From an uncultured Candidatus Saccharibacteria bacterium (GTDB lineage: Bacteria; Patescibacteriota; Minisyncoccia; Phycocordibacterales; UBA2100), in contig CAZQMS010000005.1 in the NCBI GenBank assembly GCA_964594735.1, positions 19,150 through 83,149 of the forward strand: a DNA stretch of 64,000 nucleotides. Reading direction: 5' to 3'. Shown one piece after another: positions 36,632-46,320 of the stretch. The number at the start of each line of letters is the position of its first letter. Position 1 is the stretch's first letter. A program made the position numbers and the translations under genes. The notes under the pieces are model-generated. The model had not been told where the DNA came from, did no database searches, and was given only the letters and a program-made list of their open reading frames with translations.

Positions 36632-39052
36632 TTAGTGATGTGCGGCTCCGCCTCCATGGTCGTCGTGTCCGCCGCCGTGGCTCTCTTGTTTAGGTGTTGT
36701 CGCTGGCTTGGCTTGCGTCTGTGACGAAGGTGCGTGTTCATCGTGGCCATGACCAGCGCCACTCTTCTCCTTTAAGTACTCAGCAATCTTTTTGGCTTCT
36801 TTCTTCTCATGATGTTCCCCGACTTCTTTCTTTGCAAGCTGTGCAAGACGGTCTGACTTCTCGTCGTTCCACTTCGTCACACGCGCAAGGGTATTCGTAA
36901 AGCGTGAATTCGCGAGCGTTGCCGCGAGGTCTGCCTCGCTCTTGAATTCCTTGAGATCGCCTTTTTTGATTGCGCTTGTTTTTGCCTCCGTTTCGATGTT
37001 CTCAATGACCTTGCTGGCCTCTTTGATTCGTTTATCGGCTGCTTCAATACGGCTTTTCTGCTCATTAAGAGTTTTCTCTGCTTCAGCCCGATTAAATCGG
37101 GCGTTGTTCGCGCCCTCTGCGTCGTTAGCTTTTTCAGCGCGTGCGATGTCGAGCTCGGCCTTGACTTTCTTTTCCTGCGCCACTTTATGTTCATTTTCTG
37201 CAGAATCCTTTTCGTTCTTATGTGCGTCAGCCGCCTGAGTTGCCGCGGCGTGCCGTTCATTCAGACTCGGGTTTTTGGCTATTTCCGCCTTGATAGCATC
37301 GACTTCGATAGCCGCCTTTTTCTTGGCGTCAACATGCAGTGCGTCTGCGTCCTCGGCATACTTCTTAGCCCGTTCTTTCAGAGAGCCTTCGAAGCCCTTG
37401 ATTTCTTTCCCTGCAAGTTTTTTTGCATCAATACCAGCCATGCCGCCCACCATACCTCCGAGAGGCGTGCGCATAACGTTCATGTCTGACTTTGCAACAC
37501 CCTTGAATCGGTTAGAGCCGAATTTATAGAGGGATTGTGTCAGACTGCCGTCTGTGGCCTTTGCGGCACGCATTTTCAAAGCGTCACTTGCAGCGAGGCT
37601 GGCGCGTCCGATTGTTTGTCTTCCGGCAAACGCCGCGACGCGGGCGCCGGCAGCGATGCCAAGCGCCGGTATCATTGCTGCCATACTGAAGCCGCTGATG
37701 CCGGAGGAGAACGAGCTCGCGAGCTTAAAGGATGCGAAGAGCATTCCGAGTAGGATGACGTAGTTGAAAAGCGCTCCGACACCGGCATTGCCCTCGTTGG
37801 AAGTCATGAGGCCGCCCAGCGTACTGCCCTGTGTGCTCATCGCTTGCGCCAGACTGAGTGTAACCCATAGCAGTATCATCAAGAGGGGCCCGAAAACAGC
37901 GACATTGATGAGTGATTTCCACCAGGTAGACCATCCGTACTGACTCTCCGCTGCTTTGGGTATCAGGTACGTCGCAAATGCGAGTGATGATGTAATCATC
38001 AGAAATATGAGTAGCACCGCGCGACTGATGATGAGGAGGCACCCGTAGAGCATCACTATTGCGACGCCGAGTAGAAACGTTGCGCTCAATACTCCGTGCA
38101 GAAGGGCGAGCATGCCATCTTTCTTGTCCTCTGCGTTTTTTCGAATGTTGGTGTACACGTCTCCGATGCTCGTGACACCCATCGTGCGTATGAACTGACC
38201 CGCGATGCCATCCTGTTGCTGCGTTGTCGCGACCGATGTTCCGGCGCCCACGAGCGTATTGATTGGTTTTGGAACGACCGAACCACCTGCCGCCACGTAA
38301 AACTGGTACGAGACGAAGTTGGACCCGTCGATGATGAGTTTTGTAAAGAGAAGGCTAAAGTTCATGAGAACCGCGATGACGAGCACGCGGGCTATCATTT
38401 TCTTCTGCCCGAAACTTTCGAGACCGAGAATAATGGAGATCGCGATAAAGACGAATAAGCCGATGATGAGAATGTTGGAAAGGTCGCGGAAGACTGTCCA
38501 TGCGGTGTCTATTGCACCCCGCACGCTCGTCGTGAGGAAGCCGTTGGTCTGATCACCAAAGGCGACGATGGTGTAGTACACGAGCCAATTGAAGAGAAGC
38601 CCGACGACTTCGAGTAGCTTTGCGGACAGGGTGACGAGTATGGTCGCGATGAGCGCACCGAGTGTTCGCCCGAAACACACTATTGGACTCTTGAAGTAGT
38701 CTGTCCAGCTTTCGCAACTCGTAGCGCCTTTGTTGGCCGAGTAATTCTCGGCGTGAGTCCCGGCACCTGTTGGCACTGGGTCTATTCTCTGGGTCTCACT
38801 GGGTTCGCACTCCTGTCCTTCGGAGTCTACGTAGATATATCGCGGCGACTCGGGTGACGAGTTGCTGTCATAAACTGCGCTGGTCGCTCCCACGCACGCC
38901 GCAGCAGATGCGGTTCGTGGTAAAACCGATGCGGTTATCAGAAGGGCCGGAATGATTGCGGCAACGATGCTTGCAGCTGAAAGAGTTCTAGCAAATGTAC
39001 CTGTAGGTTTAATGCGCATACTATTGTCTCCATTCGTTCTTCCAGACATCAA
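36632..39052 (-). CDS. VirB6/TrbL-like polytopic membrane protein with a long Lys/Glu/Ala-rich coiled-coil C-terminus and a His-rich tail
   Basis: Signal or TM followed by 6 or more TM helices, then about 250 aa of a charged helical region ending HGGGHDDHGGGAAHH. Confidence 0.5.
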   Translation of the reverse strand: MMSGRTNGDNSMRIKPTGTFARTLSAASIVAAIIPALLITASVLPRTASAAACVGATSAVYDSNSSPESPRYIYVDSEGQECEPSETQRIDPVPTGAGTHAENYSANKGATSCESWTDYFKSPIVCFGRTLGALIATILVTLSAKLLEVVGLLFNWLVYYTIVAFGDQTNGFLTTSVRGAIDTAWTVFRDLSNILIIGLFVFIAISIILGLESFGQKKMIARVLVIAVLMNFSLLFTKLIIDGSNFVSYQFYVAAGGSVVPKPINTLVGAGTSVATTQQQDGIAGQFIRTMGVTSIGDVYTNIRKNAEDKKDGMLALLHGVLSATFLLGVAIVMLYGCLLIISRAVLLIFLMITSSLAFATYLIPKAAESQYGWSTWWKSLINVAVFGPLLMILLWVTLSLAQAMSTQGSTLGGLMTSNEGNAGVGALFNYVILLGMLFASFKLASSFSSGISGFSMAAMIPALGIAAGARVAAFAGRQTIGRASLAASDALKMRAAKATDGSLTQSLYKFGSNRFKGVAKSDMNVMRTPLGGMVGGMAGIDAKKLAGKEIKGFEGSLKERAKKYAEDADALHVDAKKKAAIEVDAIKAEIAKNPSLNERHAAATQAADAHKNEKDSAENEHKVAQEKKVKAELDIARAEKANDAEGANNARFNRAEAEKTLNEQKSRIEAADKRIKEASKVIENIETEAKTSAIKKGDLKEFKSEADLAATLANSRFTNTLARVTKWNDEKSDRLAQLAKKEVGEHHEKKEAKKIAEYLKEKSGAGHGHDEHAPSSQTQAKPATTPKQESHGGGHDDHGGGAAHH

Positions 39053-40760
39053 GTGTCGCTTGATTGTTCACATTGCACCAGCCGTTTCCCTCTTTCCATG
39101 CCTGCTCCGTATTTGTGCGGAACGTCTCTTGAGTGGCTTGTACGTCGTCTTTGACTTTCTGATCTGCCTGCAATTGCGACTCGTTGTTGCGGATGAGACC
39201 GCGGGCTACCTGGTCGTCGAGTTGCTGGAGCGCGACACGCTGGGCTTCTAGAGATGTGGTGTTTGTGATACCTGCGATGAGTCTGTCGACGCGCTCCACC
39301 GCTTGGTTGGCGCGCAAGACGGCCGCTTCGGTCGAACTCGCCTGAGAACCGAGTGAACTGTTTCTCACGGCTTGAGTAGAAAATGCGGTGGAGGTCGCAA
39401 TTTTCAATTTACCCCCTGTGCCGCAGTTGCCTCCCTCTGTGCATGCTGTTGACTCCGTGCAAGTCTTGTCAGCAGCGAGGGGACCAGCGCAAACCTTTTG
39501 AATGATTGCTTCCCAGCATCCGGCTTCTTTGCTGCGCAGGTCGGTTATCGTCGCCGCAAGAATGGATAGAATGGTTTCTGAAAGCTGTTTGTAGCCGAGT
39601 TCGACGCGTTTTGCGGCGGTGAGGATCTGGAGAGCTGCGTTGGTCGCTGCGTCGCGTAGCCCCGCGTTTGCCTCGCGTACCACCTGGTCCAGATATGAAG
39701 GCTGACTCCCTGTCTGCTGCATGAGTCCTTGGATACCTCGGCTGTCACCGACGACCTGCGCAATCATGCCGGAGAAAAGCGAACCTACCATCTGGTCGAT
39801 GTCGTTGGAATTCTCAAGTTGCCTGTAGCCGCTCTGCAGAAGCTGTGTGATGTTGTCACAGACGATAGAGCCCGGGCTTACCGTGATGCGGTTACCGTAC
39901 TCATCAATGCGCTCCACCGGATGACAGCCCTGCCCCATCTGTACCTGCGTAAGCAAATTATTGGCGGAACTGTTCGCAACGCTGTTGAGTCGTTCGCTCG
40001 CAAGCGTGTACGCGAGTATGGGATCACAGCCTGGTGTCCCGATTGCGCTGAGCGCAGACCATACCGATTTGTCTGGATTCCCCCGGTGGACGGTTGTAAT
40101 ATCGCCAGCGTAGCCACAGTCCAGTATGGAATTCGGCTGGTTGCGGGCGGTAAGATAACTCTGGACAGTTGCACGCCCGACAGGGCCGCGTAGTTCCGGT
40201 TTCAGCGCATTGAAGAAACCGCCATTGACGAGCACTCCGACGACACGATCGCGCTCCACTTGCATCTCCGCTTCAATATCCTGTGGAAAGAATGGATTTC
40301 CGTCCCTCCCTGTGAGGAATGTGGCGAGCCCCTGCTTTGCAAGACCTGCTGTTGCCGCCTCGCGCTGTCTGTTGACCACGCCGCGGAGCACGCACTCCTT
40401 GTATACGAGATAGCCAGTGTTGAGCGTGACAGCCGCGTCGTTGACGGGCACGTACACACCGCCGACAGCAGCGAGCGCGCCGACGCTCATCGAGTGCGAG
40501 CCTTGGAGCGAGCAGCCAAAGACTCCCTGTCGTTTGAATGCGTACGTATCGGAGAAACTAATAGTCGCGTTGATTGCATTCGGGTCTTGCGAGCCCGAAC
40601 CATCGGTAGAAGGGTCGGTGGTCGTACACGTGCCGATGACGATGCCGTTCTCGTTTACTTCCTGTCCGTTGACACACGCTGCAGCGGCGTACTGCGGCAG
40701 CGCAAAAAACATGGCAACGATACCTAGTGCAAGGATGAGTATGTCGCGGCGCAACGTCAT
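39021..40760 (-). CDS. secreted Cys-containing protein, hypothetical
   Basis: Signal peptide ILILALGIVAMFFALPQYAAA; overlaps the downstream gene by 32 nt. Confidence 0.45.
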   Translation of the reverse strand: MTLRRDILILALGIVAMFFALPQYAAAACVNGQEVNENGIVIGTCTTTDPSTDGSGSQDPNAINATISFSDTYAFKRQGVFGCSLQGSHSMSVGALAAVGGVYVPVNDAAVTLNTGYLVYKECVLRGVVNRQREAATAGLAKQGLATFLTGRDGNPFFPQDIEAEMQVERDRVVGVLVNGGFFNALKPELRGPVGRATVQSYLTARNQPNSILDCGYAGDITTVHRGNPDKSVWSALSAIGTPGCDPILAYTLASERLNSVANSSANNLLTQVQMGQGCHPVERIDEYGNRITVSPGSIVCDNITQLLQSGYRQLENSNDIDQMVGSLFSGMIAQVVGDSRGIQGLMQQTGSQPSYLDQVVREANAGLRDAATNAALQILTAAKRVELGYKQLSETILSILAATITDLRSKEAGCWEAIIQKVCAGPLAADKTCTESTACTEGGNCGTGGKLKIATSTAFSTQAVRNSSLGSQASSTEAAVLRANQAVERVDRLIAGITNTTSLEAQRVALQQLDDQVARGLIRNNESQLQADQKVKDDVQATQETFRTNTEQAWKEGNGWCNVNNQATLDVWKNEWRQ

Positions 40761-41668
40761 GGTGTTTTTTGGCCGTAGTAATTGCCGAGTGCATCGAAAG
40801 CGTAGAACATCTTTTGCTCAGCGGTGTTGTAACTGCGCAGGAGGGCGACGGTCGCGAATTCGTCGAGAGTATTCCCTGCCATCGCGTCGAGCGTTGCGTC
40901 GAATAGCGAAAGTGCGTTGAGCACATCGAGGTGGTAGTTGATTGCGTCGCGAGGGGCGACGACTGCCGCCGCGTTCGTGAGCGCTTTGTCGTAGTTGGCA
41001 GCGGCCTCTGCGAGTGTCTTGAGGTGCGCCTCATCGCTCGTCTCGACGTACCGAGCGAAAATATCGAGCTCCGACTCTGTGTTCTCAAGGAGTGGTGCGA
41101 GCGCATCACGCAAATCGCTTCGGTACTCAAGCATCCGATTGTAGGAAATATCGGTGTCTGTCCGCACATCCGCGGAGGTATAGGTTTTGTATGAGATGAC
41201 GGCTTTCACGTTGCGCGCAATACTCTCCGCGACCGCGTCGCCCGCCGCCTCTGAGTACGTACCGCTTTCGACGAGTCCCGCATACTGGCCAACGAGCTGT
41301 GCGACCACGATAGGACCAATCATGGCGATAGGGTCTTCGCCGGATGCATTACTCGTCTCGGATGTAGTCGCGAGACCGAGCAGTACGAGTTCTTGCTGCC
41401 ATGACGCATCGGTGGCAGGAATAGCGGCGCCAGATACAGTGTCGACTTCTGCGACAGCAGGCTGCACTATGTCGGAGACGAGAAGGCGTAGCTGGAAGAG
41501 AAGTGCACCGAGGAGCACCACGACGGCGAGTGCCGCCGTAGCTGTGATTCGTGAGCGGAAAAGAAAATGGAATACACGCACAATATAAGTATACCCCGTT
41601 AGATCGTCGCACCTCTGTGTTTTACCCAGAAAACTAAGGACATTTTGCCTGCATGTGCTTGCACGCAT
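40757..41668 (-). CDS. membrane-anchored protein (the true start is probably near 41585, after the motif)
   Basis: Single TM; distantly similar to the next gene (41750-42625). The 5' part of the track ORF is overlapped by a motif copy. Confidence 0.4.
   Translation of the reverse strand: MRASTCRQNVLSFLGKTQRCDDLTGYTYIVRVFHFLFRSRITATAALAVVVLLGALLFQLRLLVSDIVQPAVAEVDTVSGAAIPATDASWQQELVLLGLATTSETSNASGEDPIAMIGPIVVAQLVGQYAGLVESGTYSEAAGDAVAESIARNVKAVISYKTYTSADVRTDTDISYNRMLEYRSDLRDALAPLLENTESELDIFARYVETSDEAHLKTLAEAAANYDKALTNAAAVVAPRDAINYHLDVLNALSLFDATLDAMAGNTLDEFATVALLRSYNTAEQKMFYAFDALGNYYGQKTP
41589..41604 (-). promoter_or_regulatory. conserved motif ATCTAACGGGGTATAC (minus strand)
   Basis: Inverted partner of the plus-strand copy 77 nt away. 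Confidence 0.4.
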
Positions 41669-41681
41669 GCGACGCGAGGAT

Positions 41682-41697
41682 ATCTAACGGGGTATAC
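41682..41697 (+). promoter_or_regulatory. conserved motif ATCTAACGGGGTATAC (plus strand, with no plus-strand gene downstream)
   Basis: Seen directly. Confidence 0.35.
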
Positions 41698-41749
41698 CGC
41701 GCTCAAAGACGCAAAAGTGTAGATATTCCACCGAATTGCGCGGTTTTTT

Positions 41750-42625
41750 CTACAACCCTCCCCCGCCCGAGAATGTAAAGATGCTGCCCGGGTCACCGGT
41801 CGTGAATTTGACCCCGGCGAGTGCAAGTGTGGTCGCGAGATCATTGAAATGTGACACGAGTGTGTCTGCTTCGACATTGTACGCAGTTATCGCTGCAATG
41901 AATGCGTCGTCACCGTTTGCGTCTGGGACTTTTTCTAGCGCCCTGCCGACCGCGATGTAGCTCTCTGCAAGCGATTTGTGCGGTGAAGCGATGGCACTGG
42001 GCACTTCCTCCATCCCCAGAAGGCTCTCGCCCGCGGTGCGCAGTCCCATTGCGACAAGCTTGACCGACTGCTTCTTCTGCGGATCCTGCCTGTCCTCGGC
42101 CTGGTCGCGCAGCGCGATGGGCGCGTTCCTGTTGGAATCCTCGTAGGTCTGTATGTATGAGGCAGCGTCGTTGCCGTAGGTGAAGAGTGCCTGCTGTTCG
42201 GGTGTGCGAGAAACGGCCGGTGTGTTTGTGGCGATGAGTCCGCGTGGGATAAATGCATACGCGAGGTCGATGTCGGTGGATGCGGTCGTGCTCTTGGTGC
42301 CGGATGGCTCGGCAAGTGAGCTGAGGAGCGACTGGAAGTCGTAGTCTTCAGCAGTCTCGGAATCGGCGGTCGCACCTTGAGTCGGCGGTATATAGATGGG
42401 CGCTCCCCCGCTTCCGCCGCCGGTATTTTGCGTGGCCTGCTGAATGTTTTGTGGCGTGTATGACGTGGGATTCAAAAGCGGCGCACCCGTGCCACCCCAC
42501 ACCGAGAGTGTCCCCGGCGAGACGCTCGCGCGATTCTCCACGACAATGACACCGATGACTATGAGGAGCCCGATAGCGGCGCTCGCGGCGGCATACGGAT
42601 GGCTCGCGAACCACAACATGCGCAC
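41750..42625 (-). CDS. membrane-anchored protein, first gene of the secretion cluster
   Basis: Single TM. The likely ATG is at 42619, with TATTAT 6 nt upstream. Confidence 0.4.
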   Translation of the reverse strand: MRMLWFASHPYAAASAAIGLLIVIGVIVVENRASVSPGTLSVWGGTGAPLLNPTSYTPQNIQQATQNTGGGSGGAPIYIPPTQGATADSETAEDYDFQSLLSSLAEPSGTKSTTASTDIDLAYAFIPRGLIATNTPAVSRTPEQQALFTYGNDAASYIQTYEDSNRNAPIALRDQAEDRQDPQKKQSVKLVAMGLRTAGESLLGMEEVPSAIASPHKSLAESYIAVGRALEKVPDANGDDAFIAAITAYNVEADTLVSHFNDLATTLALAGVKFTTGDPGSIFTFSGGGGL

Positions 42626-42666
42626 ATAATAGCACTCGCTGGGTAGCGCAGTGATACAATGCGCTC

Positions 42667-42987
42667 ATGCTCGCGCGTTCGGTCGCCGCACTCGTGCTCT
42701 CGATTGCACTACTCGCTCCGTCGATTGCCGCGGCGTTTCCCTTTGGTGGACAGGCGTTCATCGTGCGACCCTGCTACAACAACGCCATCTACATCGGGCT
42801 CGGTCCCCCGCGCGGCGGTCCCTTTGTCTGGACGCCGGGCACGCGCACGTACATGTTTGGCCCACCTACGCACGCAGGACAGTGGTTTCTCGGCCTCGCC
42901 GGGATTCCCTACTACTGCATCGTCTCGATTCAACCAGTCATCGTTTGGTCAGGTACCTACATCAACATGATGGGGAGTTCGCGCTAA
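42667..42987 (+). CDS. small secreted protein
   Basis: Signal peptide LVLSIALLAPSIAAA; TGATACAAT lies 6 nt upstream of the ATG. Confidence 0.45.
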   Translation: MLARSVAALVLSIALLAPSIAAAFPFGGQAFIVRPCYNNAIYIGLGPPRGGPFVWTPGTRTYMFGPPTHAGQWFLGLAGIPYYCIVSIQPVIVWSGTYINMMGSSR

Positions 42988-43013
42988 GGAAACAGTGCCT
43001 TCGCACTGTTTCC
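42988..43013 (+). terminator. perfect 10-bp hairpin GGAAACAGTG-CCTTCG-CACTGTTTCC after the small secreted gene (no U-tract)
   Basis: Seen directly. Confidence 0.4.
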
Positions 43014-43025
43014 TAGACGCGAACT

Positions 43026-43098
43026 CGGGCGGAGCGTTGCCGAGCCACCAGGCGAGGCAGCGAGCCGTGGCCAGAAAATTTTGCTCGCGACGGCGAGC
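43026..43098. repeat. copy 2 of the dispersed ~70-nt repeat (see 7329-7399)
   Basis: CGGGCGGAGCGTTGCCGAGCCACCAGGCGAGGCAGCGAGCCGTGGCCAG...GCGACGGCGAGC; it ends in an 8-bp hairpin TTGCTCGC-GACG-GCGAGCAA that could terminate rsmA. Confidence 0.5.
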
Positions 43099-43136
43099 AA
43101 AATAATTGTGGCCGAGTAGGTAGAAAACCGAAGTGT

Positions 43137-43919
43137 TCAAGATAGCGCCTTCGCCACCTCCTTCCACTGCGCAAGCGACATATCTTCCGCGCGTGCTTTC
43201 TCGGGCACGTGTGCGGATTCAAACGCCGAGAGTACCTTTTCCTTGTCGAACATTGTTGCGAGATTGTTCGCAACAAACTTTCTTTTGGAAGCGAAACCGG
43301 CTTTCACGACGCGGAAGAATTGTGCTTCGTCGACATCACGGAAGAAATCTTTAGATATATGTTCCACTGCAAGAATCGCCGAGTCCACGCTCGGTGGTGG
43401 TGAAAAATGTTTCTTTGGGACTTTTTCCACGATGCGCGGCTCTCCGTACGCGCGCACGGAGATGGAGAGAATGCTCCCCTTCTCGCTCACGATGCGCTGG
43501 GCAACTTCTTTTTGAATAAGGAGTGCCATAGTGCGCGGAGGCCTTTGCGCAGTGAGGAATTGTCGAATTATCTCTCCCGTAATGTAGTACGGGATGTTGG
43601 CTGCGAGCACGTAGTTTTCGAGACCGAGACTCTCTGGCGTGACATCGCGCACATCCTCTTGCACGATGCGCAGCCGCCCCTTTGCAATGTCGTTCGGGAA
43701 ATTCTCGCGGAGTATCTGCACGAGCGCGTCATCTTTCTCGACAGCGACGACCGTGCCACCTGCCTGCGCAGGCAGGAGGGCGAGCAGCTCTTTCGTGAGC
43801 GCCCCTTTGCCAGGCCCGATTTCGAGAATCGTCTCGCCCTCATGTGGTACTGCGGCGTGCGCGAGGGCCCGCGCTGCCCACGAGTGAATGAGGAAATGCT
43901 GCCCGAGTCGCTCTCCCAT
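43137..43919 (-). CDS. rsmA: 16S rRNA (adenine1518/1519-N6)-dimethyltransferase
   Basis: GQHFLIH...ILEIGPGKGALT...NIPYYIT. Confidence 0.9.
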   Translation of the reverse strand: MGERLGQHFLIHSWAARALAHAAVPHEGETILEIGPGKGALTKELLALLPAQAGGTVVAVEKDDALVQILRENFPNDIAKGRLRIVQEDVRDVTPESLGLENYVLAANIPYYITGEIIRQFLTAQRPPRTMALLIQKEVAQRIVSEKGSILSISVRAYGEPRIVEKVPKKHFSPPPSVDSAILAVEHISKDFFRDVDEAQFFRVVKAGFASKRKFVANNLATMFDKEKVLSAFESAHVPEKARAEDMSLAQWKEVAKALS

Positions 43920-43928
43920 GTGTGTACC

Positions 43929-45866
43929 CTAGCGAATGGTATCGATATCGTCGAGGAGCGAGCGTTTTTGCGGTGTAACCTGCGCCACGAGCCTCGCATC
44001 GATGTCGTCGATGAATTCCGACGGTATGGTGTACTCGCGCGAGCCGTATTTCATGCGTTCGAGCGCGTACGAGAGAAAAAGGCGCTTCTTTGCACGCGTA
44101 AGGGCAACGTAAAAGAGTCGTCTGTCTTCCTCTGGGTCGCGCTTCTCATCTTCTCGTGTCGAGGGAAAGAGTCCTTGCTCCATGCCGGTGATGAAGACGG
44201 CGTCGAACTCAAGACCTTTCGATGCGTGCACGGTCATCAGTGACACCGCTGGCTTCTCTTCTGCGAGTTCATCTTGGTCGCTCTGGAGCGCCGCTTCTTC
44301 GAGTAGTTTTTCAACGCCCTCCGGTGGGGCAGCATTGTCGTACTTCGTCGAGACGTTGATAAGCTCCTGGATGTTGCCCAGCCGCTCTTCTCCGTCGTCA
44401 CGGCCCTCGTACATTTTTTTCATACCGCTCGCTTCGACTGTGTACCGCACTGCCTCCGACGCGGGGAGTGTATCGATCGCGTGTTTGATGCGCGCGAGTG
44501 TGTCACGGAAGGCCGCGATTTTCGCTTGCGCGGCGCGCGGGAGCTCTGCGTCTTTTCCGGCGAGCACTTTGTCGAGCGTCACTTTGCCGATGCCGCGTGG
44601 CGGGACGGCGATGACGCGAGAGATGTCGATTCTGTTGTGCGGATTCATCGCGGCACGCAGGTACGAGAGGATATCCTTCACCTCCTTTCTTTCGAAAAAG
44701 CGTGTGCCGAGGACGCGGTAGGGAACGGAGAGGTGTAGCATTGCTTCCTCTATCGCGCGCGACTGGAAATTCTCTCGATAGAGCACTGCTATTTCTCCCG
44801 CCGGCGTGCCGCGCTCGATGAGCTCCATCGCCTGGCTCGCGATAAACCACGCTTCGTCGATTTCGTTGCGCGCACCAAAGAGTACGATGGCCTCGCCGGT
44901 CTCTTTGTCAGTGAAAAGCTTTTTCGGGCGCCGCCGTACGTTCTTCTCGATGACCGAGTTTGCCGCAGTGAGAATTGTGTTGGTCGAACGGTAGTTCTGC
45001 TCGAGTAGTACGACTTTTGCGCCGGGAAAGTTGTCCTCGAATCCCAAAAGGTGCTCGATGTCTGCGCCGCGCCAGCTATAAATGTTCTGGTCGGTGTCAC
45101 CGACGACGCAGATGTTACGCTTCTCACCCGCGAGGAGGCGCGCTATTTCATACTGGGCACGATTCGTGTCTTGGTACTCATCGATAGTGAGGTGGGACCA
45201 GCGGTTGGTGAGAAGCGAACGGATACGCTCGGAATTTCGCAGGAGCCGGAGTGTGCGGAAGAGGAGGTCGTCGAAATCGAGTGCACCCTCTTCCAGAAGC
45301 GCCTTCTCGTACACGGGCCAGACTTGCGCGACGGCACGTTCACGGAATGTGCGCGCCTTTGCGGCGAACTCTTCCGGCGAAACGCCGTCGCCTTTCTCGC
45401 GCGATATCGCAGATAGGAATGCGCGTGGTGGCCAGTTTTCAATACCGAGACGCTCCACTTCTGCCTTCACCGCGCGGAGGCTGTCGTCCCTGTCCCAGAT
45501 GGTAAAGCCGCGCGGGAGCCCCGCCTCTTGGTGGAACTCGCGCAGCAGCCTCACGCCGAGCGCATGGAACGTCGTCATGAGCGGCATCCCGCCGCCTTCC
45601 GGCAGGAGCGCGCGCACGCGCTCGCGCATTTCCCCCGCTGCCTTATTGGTAAACGTGACCGCCAGTATCTTGTGGGCAGGTGTCCCGTTCTCTATTAAAT
45701 GAGCGATGCGGTGCGTGATGGTCTTGGTCTTGCCCGCCCCGGCTCCGGCGACGATAAGAATGGGCCCGTCGGTGTGGAGGACCGCCTCTTTCTGACGGTC
45801 GTTCAGGCCTTCGAGACTTGTCCCATTAGATAAGGAGTCGGATTTCTTTGGTTCGTCATGGGTCAT
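43929..45866 (-). CDS. pcrA: ATP-dependent DNA helicase PcrA/UvrD family
   Basis: AGAGAGKTKTITHRIA Walker A, and TFTNKAAGEMRERV. Confidence 0.85.
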   Translation of the reverse strand: MTHDEPKKSDSLSNGTSLEGLNDRQKEAVLHTDGPILIVAGAGAGKTKTITHRIAHLIENGTPAHKILAVTFTNKAAGEMRERVRALLPEGGGMPLMTTFHALGVRLLREFHQEAGLPRGFTIWDRDDSLRAVKAEVERLGIENWPPRAFLSAISREKGDGVSPEEFAAKARTFRERAVAQVWPVYEKALLEEGALDFDDLLFRTLRLLRNSERIRSLLTNRWSHLTIDEYQDTNRAQYEIARLLAGEKRNICVVGDTDQNIYSWRGADIEHLLGFEDNFPGAKVVLLEQNYRSTNTILTAANSVIEKNVRRRPKKLFTDKETGEAIVLFGARNEIDEAWFIASQAMELIERGTPAGEIAVLYRENFQSRAIEEAMLHLSVPYRVLGTRFFERKEVKDILSYLRAAMNPHNRIDISRVIAVPPRGIGKVTLDKVLAGKDAELPRAAQAKIAAFRDTLARIKHAIDTLPASEAVRYTVEASGMKKMYEGRDDGEERLGNIQELINVSTKYDNAAPPEGVEKLLEEAALQSDQDELAEEKPAVSLMTVHASKGLEFDAVFITGMEQGLFPSTREDEKRDPEEDRRLFYVALTRAKKRLFLSYALERMKYGSREYTIPSEFIDDIDARLVAQVTPQKRSLLDDIDTIR

Positions 45867-45905
45867 AAAAGGACAATAGTCTCCGTATCGGCGTTAGATG
45901 TGCCT

Positions 45906-45921
45906 ATCTAACGGGGTAGAC
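45906..45921 (+). promoter_or_regulatory. motif variant ATCTAACGGGGTAGAC followed by a 4-codon mini-ORF (ATGGGGCGACTATAG)
   Basis: Preceded by the inverted half-site CGTTAGAT. Confidence 0.35.
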
Positions 45922-46320
45922 ATGGGGCGACTATAGCACGGTGCCACGCCTCATATTGAGAATGGCTCAACAGAGCCATATAATCGCTTGACTTTCGTGT
46001 TATCCACCGCCCCGCTCGATTATGAATTGACGCTGAACACCCCCCACAGGTATTGTTTATACCAACGGTGGCACATACCGACACTACAGTTCTGGCTCTC
46101 TCTGCAATAGCGAGGTTCTAAGCCAAAGGGAAGCTCATCCGCCCGTGCCGTCGCCAAAATTAGGCTTATTTCGGGCATACAACGTGACTTCCCGGGGGGT
46201 CGAAAGACTTCGCCGGGGAAGAAATATCGCTCAGCAAGGCTCGTCGCGACGGCAGTTTCACTCATTTCGCTCATATTTGTTGTCGGCAGTCTCTACCCCG
46301 CGGTTGCGCGGGCGTCTGTT

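Noticed and set aside
45925-46320. c-di-AMP (ydaO-type) riboswitch upstream of the LysM/M23 hydrolase
   Set aside because: The region contains an in-frame signal-peptide coding sequence, so it is more likely coding (N-terminal extension or frameshift) than a 400-nt leader. No ydaO consensus could be aligned by eye.
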